Positions 32,063-39,731 of a stretch of DNA of 39,731 nucleotides are shown in pieces. Position 1 is the first letter of the stretch, and the number at the start of each line of letters is the position of its first letter. The position numbers and the translations under genes are program-made. The notes under the pieces were generated by a model, which worked only from the letters and a program-made list of their open reading frames with translations, had not been told where the DNA came from and ran no database searches. This stretch comes from an uncultured Acidobacteriota bacterium (GTDB lineage Bacteria; Acidobacteriota; JAQAZP01), in contig CAWIIB010000005.1 of NCBI GenBank assembly GCA_963836075.1, positions 1-39,731 on the forward strand. The letters are read 5' to 3'.

Positions 32063-33911
32063 TCACCCGATGATCACGTGTTCAGTGGGGTAGCTGTAGT
32101 CGGCCGGCCGCAGCCGCGTGGTCAGTGCCAGGAGGATCGTCAGCGGCCCGATCCGGCCGGCGAACATCGCAGCCATGATGATCAATTTGGCCACGGGTGT
32201 CAAACCGGCGGTGATGCCGGTGGTCAGGCCCACCGTGCCGCAGGCGCTGCTGGCCTCGAAGAAGCAGGTCCACCGCCTGGGCGTCGGGCATGATAGCGGC
32301 CAGCGACAGGGTCACCGCGGCAACCAGCGACAGGTAGATCACCGCCAGGGCCACGATGCGGCGCACCAGTTCGGCGGAGATGCTGCGGTGGAACAGCTCG
32401 AACTCCTTTCGCCGGCGCATGGTGTTCCAGACGGCGAGCACCAGCATGGCCAGGGTGACGGTCTTCATCCCCCCGGCGGTGCTGGCCGGGCTGCCGCCCA
32501 CGATCATCAGCCCGCACATCAGCAGCTTGCCGGCCGGGGAGAGGGCGGCCATATCGATGGTGTTGAATCCGGCGGTGCGGGCGGTGACCGACTGGAACAG
32601 GCGCCTGGCCCAGGCCGATCCGGCTGCCGGCCAGCCATTCGAAGAGCCAGAGACCGCCGGCCCCCAGGGGGATCAGCAGGGCGGTGGCGGCCAGGGTCAC
32701 CCGGGTATGCAGGTTGAGCCGGGTGCGGGGGAGGTGGCGGCGGTCCAGCGGCACCGGCCGGCCCGGCCAGTGCCGGCGCCGGACCAGCGAGCGGATGGTC
32801 TGCCCGCAGTTGCGCAGCACCGGGAAGCCGATGCCGCCGAGGACGATCAGCGGGGCGAAGACACCGAGGACCTGCCAGTGGTCGTCCAGCGGCCGGACCC
32901 AGCCTTCGGCCGTGCCGTGCATCAGGCTGCCGCCGTAGAGCGAGAAGCCGGCGTTGCAGAAGGCGGAGACGCTGTGGAAGACGGACTGCCAGACGCGCAT
33001 CCAGGCGCGAGAGCGGCCGGCCCACGGCGTCCAGTGCCGCCGGAGAACATGGGGTAGAGCAGCAGCGCGCCCAGCGGCCTCCACGCGCCAGGGTGGTGAG
33101 CACCACGAAGGCGGCCACCCGGCCGATCTCGCCGAGGTTGTCGCGTGGCCACCATCTTGCCCAGGGTGTCCGAACCCTGCAGGGTCAGCCCGCGGCCCAC
33201 CAGCAGGGCGAACACCGTGCCGAAGAGCATGATCCCCAGTCCGCCGAACTGGATCAGGCATCAGGATTACCGCCTGGCCGAACGGTGTGAAATGGGTGCC
33301 GGTGTCCACCACAACCAGCCCGGTGACACAGGTGGCGCTCACCGAGGTGAACAGGGCGTCGCGGTAGCCCCAGTCGGGATAGAGGTCGCGGCTGCACGGC
33401 GGCGGGGAGCATCAGCAGGCCGGAGCCGGCCAGGGCCAGCAGGACGAAGCTGCCGATCAGCAGCCGCCGCGGGAGGGATGCCGCTGCCGGAGAGCCTGAG
33501 GTTGAGTTCCACCGCGCGGATCACCAGGGTGGCCAGAATGTAGACCTGGGTGGTCACCAGGTAGAGCATGCCGGCGTTGAGCGCGGTGCCGCGCAGTTCC
33601 AGCGCCGCGATGTAGATCAGCGGCACGGCGGCCAGCAGGGCGAAGTCGAGCCAGTGGTGCTTGAAATACCAGCGCCGGTCGCGGGCCAGCCAGAGCCGGG
33701 CCAGCCGGTCGACGGCAAAGAAGCCGACGATCATGCCTTCCAGCACATGGAGCGCCGATTGCGCAGTCCGGGGGTCAGCCGGAAACCCCCGTCGTCCACC
33801 ACCAGCACGGCCACGGCCAGCAGGCTGGTCAGGGCCAGCAGGATGTCCAGCGCAACGTTCGAGACGGGGAGAACGGGAACGGTTGCGCGGTAGCTGTTTC
33901 GGCTGCTTCAT
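32063..33911 (-). CDS. ktrB: KtrB/TrkH-family potassium transporter with an extra N-terminal membrane domain (many frameshifts)
   Basis: Pore-loop motifs SATCVTGLVVVDT, FHSVSAFCNAGFSL, FQSVTARTAGF, GGSPASTAGGMKT, SACGTVGL and MFAGRIGPLT. Confidence 0.88.
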
Positions 33912-34166
33912 GCCTTCTCAACCCGTGGCGCCGGGGCCGGCCTTTGTCCTCGATGATGGTGCCGTTGAAATGGGCGGATCGGTCACCATTATAGCCCGGT
34001 TGCCGTCATGCTGCACGGCGGTGCCGGCGGGGTGGGAACAGCGGCGACAGTTGTGACATAATAGGTGAAAATTCAGGATTTCCAATGGACGTTACCGAAA
34101 AGAGCTGCAGGAGACGACCTGTTCCCGGCCGGGGTGCAGGTTCCACGGGCCGACGAGGCAAAGCCG

Positions 34167-35330
34167 ATGAGAGACGATTTCCTGGTCTTCGGCAGCCCGA
34201 TCATCGAGCAGCCGGAGATCGACGAAGTGGTGGATTCGCTGAAATCCGGCTGGCTGGGCACCGGGCCCAAGGTCGCACCGGTTCGAGGAGATGTTCCGCG
34301 AGTACAAGGGCGTGCGGCCATGCCATGGCGGTCAACTCCTGCACGGCCGCCCTGCATCTGTCGATGATCGCCGTCGGGCATCGGGCCCGGCGACGAGGTG
34401 ATCCTGCCGCGCCATGACCTTCTGCGCCACGGTCAATGCGGTGCTCCACGCCGGCGGCGATGCCGGTCTTGGCCGACTGTCGACCGGGAGACGATGAACA
34501 TCGATCCGGACGACATCGAGCGGCAAGATCACCCCGCGGACCCGGGCCATCCTGCCGGTGCACTTCGCCGGCCGGCCCTGCGACATGGACGCGCATCATG
34601 GCCATCGCCGCAGAGCACGATCTGAAGGTGATCGAGGACTGCGCCCACGCCATCGAGGCCGAGTACCACGGGCGCAAGGTCGGCACCTTCGGCGACTTCG
34701 GGCTGCTTCAGCTTCTACGTGACCAAGAACGTGGTCACCGGCGAGGGGGGCATGGTGCTCACCGACAACGAGGAATATGCCGACCGGATCAAGATGCTGG
34801 CCCTGCACGGGATGAGCCAGCGACGCCTGGAAGCGGTTCAGCGACGAGGGGTACAAGCACTACCAGGTGGTCTATGCCGGCTTCAAGTACAACATGATGG
34901 ACCTCCAGGCGGCCATCGGCATCCACCAGCTGCCCCGGGTGGAGGACTACTGGCGGCGACGGCGGGAGATCTGGCAGCGCTACGACGAGGCCTTCGCCGA
35001 CCTGCCGCTGTTCACTCCCCACCCGCCGGAGCCGGAGACCCGCCACGCCTACCACCTCTACACCATCCTGCTCGACATCGACCGGATCGACCCTGACCCG
35101 CGACCGGTTTCTCGACGAGATGACCCGGCGGAAGATCGGCGTGGGGGTCCACTACCTCGGCCTGCACCTCCACCCCTATTACCGGGAGCGCTACGGCTAC
35201 AAGCCGGGAGACCTGCCGAACACCGAGTGGATCTCCGAACGGACCGTCTCGCTGCCCCTGTCGCCGAAACTGACCGCCCCGGGATGTGGACGACGTGGTC
35301 GAGGCGGTGCGGGACATCATGGCCGGATGA
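34167..35330 (+). CDS. DegT/DnrJ/EryC1/StrS-family PLP sugar aminotransferase (frameshifts)
   Basis: SGWLGTGPKV, AVNSCTAALHL, PVHFAG, IEDCAHA, SFYVTKNVVTGEGG (PLP Lys), GFKYNMMDLQAAIG and SLPLSP. Confidence 0.92.
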
Positions 35331-36290
35331 GGTCAAGGGATATGCGGGAAGCCCGCCGGCGGACGGCCGGCTAACGGAGGACAACAGGCATAATGGGGTC
35401 TGGCCTGGTTCATCCAGTGCTGCGGGCGGCGGAACGGGCGTATGTGGCCCGTTCCCGGCCCGTTGCGGCACCCCGGCTCTTCATCCTCGGGCTGCCCCGC
35501 TCGGGCACCACCCTGGTCTACCAGTATATCGTCCACCGCCTGAAGGTGGCCTACCTGACCAACGGCGTGGGCCGTTTCCCCTACGCCCCCTGTCTCACCA
35601 CCTGGTTCCAGACCCGGACCCACCGGCGCTATCGCTCCGACTTCTCCAGCAGCTTCGGCAAGGTGCATCGGCGCCATGGCCCCGCGGGAAGCAGGCGGGT
35701 TCTGGGGACGCTACTTCGATCCCGACCGCTACCAGTCTGCCGGCGGATATCCCGGCGGAGGCGGCGGACGAACTGCGGCGCACCGTGGCCTGCGTCCAGC
35801 GCATCCACGGCGGGCGGCCCTTTGTGAACAAGAACGTCAGGCACATGCAGAGGATCGGCGCCCTGGACGCTATCTTTGAAGGGGCGCTCTTTCTCGTGGT
35901 GTCCCGGCCGCCGGCTGATGTGGCGCTCTCCCTGCTCCGGGCGCGCTACCAGGTCCAGGACGATCCCCTCGTCCTGGTGGTCGGTTCGGCCGCCTGACGA
36001 CTATGACGCACTGCGCACGCTGCCCCCGGCGGGACAGGTTGCCGGCCAGCTCCGCTCCCTGGGGGAAGCGGCTGGATCCGACCTGGGCCGGCTGCCGGAA
36101 GGGCGGGTGCTCCGTCTCCGAATTCCAGCAGTTCTGTGCCGCCCCTGATTCGGTGGTGGACCTTCTGACCCCCGCGCTCGGACAGCTTCAGCTGTCCAAC
36201 CCGCCGGTGCCGGGCTTTCGACGATGCCGCGCCACCGTCCGCGGAATGCGGAGGAAGAAAGAACTGCTGGCCATGGTGGACCATGAGTGA
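35327..36290 (+). CDS. Sulfotransferase-family protein (frameshifts; start 35327 or 35393)
   Basis: 5'-PSB loop FILGLPRSGTTL, PREAGGFW, PFVNKN and 3'-PB-like VVSRPPADVALSL. Confidence 0.8.
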
Positions 36291-36987
36291 CGACCGACGG
36301 GAGTACTACCGCAAATACGGCCTGACCAACCCGGCGTGGAACGTGGTCCGGATCGCCGGGGCGCAGATCGAGGACCGGGTCAGGCGCCATTTTTCAGGGC
36401 GGCTGCTGGAGATCGGCTGCGGGGCCAAGGAGAAGGCGCTGCTGGTGGGGGACCGGGTGGATCTTCACCTGGGCCTGGATCATGCCCAGAGCCCCCACGA
36501 CCTGGGCCGAATCGATGTGCTGGCTTCGGCCTACGGCATCCCTTTTGTGGAGGCAAGTTTCGACTGCATTCTCTCCACCGCCGTTCTCGAGCACCTCGAG
36601 GAGCCGCAGGCGGCCCTGCGCGAGGCCTGCCGAGTGCTGCGGCCCGGAGGCTACGCCCTGTACACCGTGCCGTTCATCTGGCATGTCCACGAAGAGCCGC
36701 GGGACTTTTTCCGCTACACCAGCTCACGGAATCCGTCACTGTCTTCGAAGCCTGCGGTTTCGAGCATCGAGGAGATCACCCCGCTGGCCGGGTTCTGGAT
36801 CACCGCGGGCAGCGAATTCGGCTACTACCTGGAAACCGTCGCCAGGGGGCCCCTGCGTCCGGCGGTCCGGCCGGTGATCGCCGCGGTCAACATCGCCGCC
36901 CGGCTTCTCGACCGCGCCGACCGGCGGTGGAACCGTGAATTCTGGCGCTGGACCTGGATGTATCTGGTGGCCGCCCGGCGGGCGTAG
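36283..36987 (+). CDS. Class I SAM-dependent methyltransferase (type 11)
   Basis: LLEIGCG, SFDCILSTAVLEHLEEP, RVLRPGG and HEEPRDFFRYT. Confidence 0.85.
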   Translation: MSDDRREYYRKYGLTNPAWNVVRIAGAQIEDRVRRHFSGRLLEIGCGAKEKALLVGDRVDLHLGLDHAQSPHDLGRIDVLASAYGIPFVEASFDCILSTAVLEHLEEPQAALREACRVLRPGGYALYTVPFIWHVHEEPRDFFRYTSSRNPSLSSKPAVSSIEEITPLAGFWITAGSEFGYYLETVARGPLRPAVRPVIAAVNIAARLLDRADRRWNREFWRWTWMYLVAARRA

Positions 36988-37005
36988 CGGGAAAGGAACC
37001 TGATC

Positions 37006-38968
37006 ATGTGCGGTCTGGTGGGCTATTTTTCGCCGACGCGGACCCGGACCGACCTCGGCCCGCTGGCCGAGGCGGCGGCGCTGATCCGCCACCGCGGCCC
37101 CGATGACGAGGGATATGCAGCCTTCGACCTGGCCACCGGGGCCACCGGTCCTGGAGCGGCCCGATTCACCGCCGGGTGCGGGACCGGCTGCCGGAGCTGG
37201 GGCCCGCCACGGAGATGCCGCACAACCTGGCCCTCGGTTTCCGCCGCTTCTCCATCGTCGACCTGACGCCGGCCGGGCACCAGCCCTTCTGGAACCAGGC
37301 GAGACCTGTGTCTGACATTCAACGGCGAAATCTACAACTACGTGGAACTGCGGGAGGAACTGACTGCCGCCGGCCGCGTATTCCAGAACCCGCAGCGACA
37401 CCGAGGTGCTGCTGGCCGTTCTGGAGCACTGGGGCCCGGACGGACTGGAACGGCTCAACGGACCCTTTGCCCTGGCCCTGCTGGACACGGCACGCCAGCG
37501 GCTCCTTCTGGCCCGGGACCGGATCGGCAAGAGCCCGCTCTACTGGGCCGTCACCGGGGAGACGCTGTTCTGGGCCTCGGAGATCAAGAGCATCCTGCTG
37601 CTGGCCGGTCGGGAGACGTTCGGCATCAATCGCCAGGCGGTTCACGACTACCTCAAGCACGGCTGGCGCGATCTGGACCACGGCACCTTTTGGGAGGGCG
37701 TCCGCACCCTTGCCCCGGCCTGCTGGGTGGAACTGGACCTCCGGGCCGGCATCGACGGACGGACGCTGATCGACGGGGCAACGTCCTACTGGCGGGTTCC
37801 CGAACAGCGGCTGCAGCCGGGCGAGATCTCCTTCGACGAAGCGCGCCGCACGCTTCTTCGACCTGTTCAGCGACGCGGTCCGTCTCCGCCTGCGGGCCGA
37901 CGCTGACGTGGCCTTCGGCCTCAGCGGCGGTCTCGATTCCAGTTCCATCGTTTCGGTGGCGGCGTCCGGCGCGGCGCCCCGCTCCATCGCCACCTACACG
38001 GTGAAGTTCGACGACCCGGCGGTGGACGAGGAGCCCTTTGCCCGCCAGGTTCGCGACCGTTGGCCCGAGGCCGTGGACTACCATGTGTACCGCCCGGAAA
38101 ACAGTCGATTTCTGGGCCAGGGCCGACGACTTCGTCTGGTTGCAGGAGGAGCCTTTCCACTCGCCGAACCTCGAGTTGAACCAGGCTTACTACAGGCAGA
38201 TGCGGGCTGATGGGTTCCGGGTGCTCATCGGCGGCGCGGCGGGAGACGAACTGCTGGCCGGGTACCCGGAGTATTTCTACCCGCTGCTGGTCCACCAGCT
38301 GAAGCAGGGCCGCTGGCTGTCGCTGGCCGGCAACGTGGCCGGATACACCGAACAGTCGGTGGCCCGCACCGCGGCCGATGCCGCCGCCCAGCTCTGGCGG
38401 CGGGTCAGCGGGAGGAGCGGTGGCGCCTACCCCGGCGCCGACCTGGGACGCTACTACCGGGATGACCCCCGCCGCTTCAGTGTGCACGACATGGGGCCGC
38501 CGCGGAGTTTCAACGAGCGGATGATCGGCAACATGACCCAGTGGAAGATGAACTACTGGATGCGGTCGGGCAACAAGGCCACCATGGGCGTGCCCATCGA
38601 GCCCCGGGCACCGTTCCTCGACCACCGGCTGGTGGAGTTCGTCTTTACCTTGCCGCCGGAGTATCTGGTTCGCCGCGGGTGGCTGAAATACTTCTCCGCC
38701 GAAGCGCCGAACCGCTTCTGCCTCGAACGGTGGCCTGGCGGCGGAAGAAGACCGGCTTTCCCTTCAATGACCGTTCCTGGCTGACCGATGCGCGGCCGGT
38801 GGCCGAGGGGCACCTGCGTGCCGCCGCCGACAACCCGTTCATCGATCCATGTCGGTATTCGCCGACTATGACCGGCTGACCGGTGACCGCCCTGAATTCC
38901 TCTGGCGCTGCATCAGCCTCTGCCTCTGGTGGCGCCGGGTCATCCGCGGGGAGCCGTTGTCCGGATGA
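37006..38968 (+). CDS. asnB: AsnB-family glutamine-dependent amidotransferase of the glycan-locus type (frameshifts)
   Basis: N-terminal MCG, HRGPDDEG, RFSIVDL, FNGEIYNY, ARDRIGKSPLY, ASEIKS, LSGGLDSS, GDELLAGY and RAPFLDHRLVEF. Confidence 0.92.
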
Positions 38969-39731
38969 GTGATTCTCATACATCCTACGGTATGAGCGAG
39001 GATGGCATCCGCCGCCGGACCCTCCACGGCATCGGCTGGAGCGGGGCGCAGCAGGCCATGCAGCAGGGGCTGCAGTTTGCCTTCACCATCCTGCTGTCCG
39101 GCTGCTCACGCCGGCCGATTTCGGCCAGGTGGGCATGATCCTGGTCTTTGCCGGGTTTGCCCAGTTGTTCAGCGAGCTGGGTCTGGGGGCGGCGGTGGTC
39201 CAGCGCAAGGAATTGCGGCCCGAGCACCTCGACTCGGTGTTCTGGGCCAACATTGTCGCCGGGGCGGCGCTCACCGTTCTCTTTGCCTCTCTGGCCGGGC
39301 CCATCGCCTCGTTTTACGAGCTGCCGTCGCTGCGGCCGTTGACCCTGATCATCTCGCTGAACTTTTTCATCGGTTCCTTCCGGGTGGTGCAGTATTCCCT
39401 GCTCCAGCGCGCCATGGCCTTCCGCAAGCTGGCCCTGGTGGAGACGGCGGCGGTGCTTGTTTCCGGTGGCCTGGCCGTTGGCCTGGCCCTGGCCGGCTAC
39501 GGCATCTGGAGCCTGGTGATCCAGCTGCTGGCCCTCAGTTTTTGCGCGGCGGTGCTGCTCTGGGTGGTCGGCGACTGGCGGCCATCCTTCTCCTTCCGAT
39601 TCCGGGCGCTCCGCGAGCTCTTTGCCTTCAGTTTCAATCTGCTGGGATTCAGCCTCTTCGACTATGGCGGTCACCAGGGCCAGTTACCTGTTATCGGCAA
39701 GTTCATTGGTGCTCCGGCGCTGGGAATCTAC
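38965..39731 (+). CDS. Wzx/WzxC-type polysaccharide flippase (truncated by the window end; frameshift)
   Basis: ATGA overlap with the asnB stop; GIGWSG, LLTPADFG, FSELGLGAAVVQRKEL, LLQRAMAFRKLA and GYGIWSLV. Confidence 0.88.

Noticed and set aside
34867-35997. Apparent aminotransferase-sulfotransferase fusion ORF
   Set aside because: It is an artefact of indels. The aminotransferase has its own stop at 35328-35330 overlapping an ATG, and the ORF's middle section is out-of-frame nonsense.

Overview
GC-rich bacterial chromosomal segment of about 30 housekeeping and cell-envelope genes. I found no rRNA, tRNA, CRISPR array, transposase or phage genes. Most long genes are split across reading frames by single-base indels, which look like uncorrected long-read errors, so the CDS calls below are re-joined by homology and their boundaries are approximate. 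In order: an acidic secreted protein, an alpha/beta hydrolase, a DUF362 protein with a TSP3 repeat and an unrecognised C-terminal module, murJ, lepB, a sigma54-driven pilin, a repeat membrane protein, a rhomboid protease, a DUF2520 reductase, a lipoprotein HtrA, four accessory ORFs, archease-rtcB, an apparent ~2,200-aa TamB-POTRA-Omp85 fusion, an MBL hydrolase, a beta-propeller/FG-GAP surface protein flanked by palindromic repeats, an ABC-2 exporter, a secreted protein, a methyltransferase, ktrB-ktrA, and the start of a glycan locus (DegT aminotransferase, sulfotransferase, methyltransferase, AsnB-type amidotransferase, Wzx). The gene set indicates a diderm; Acidobacteriota is my guess from the pilin type and gene architectures and is not verified. 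The best candidates for novelty are (1) the single-chain TamB-Omp85 trans-envelope protein and (2) the unrecognised C-terminal module on the exported DUF362 protein, which may be a lineage-specific sorting or anchoring domain.
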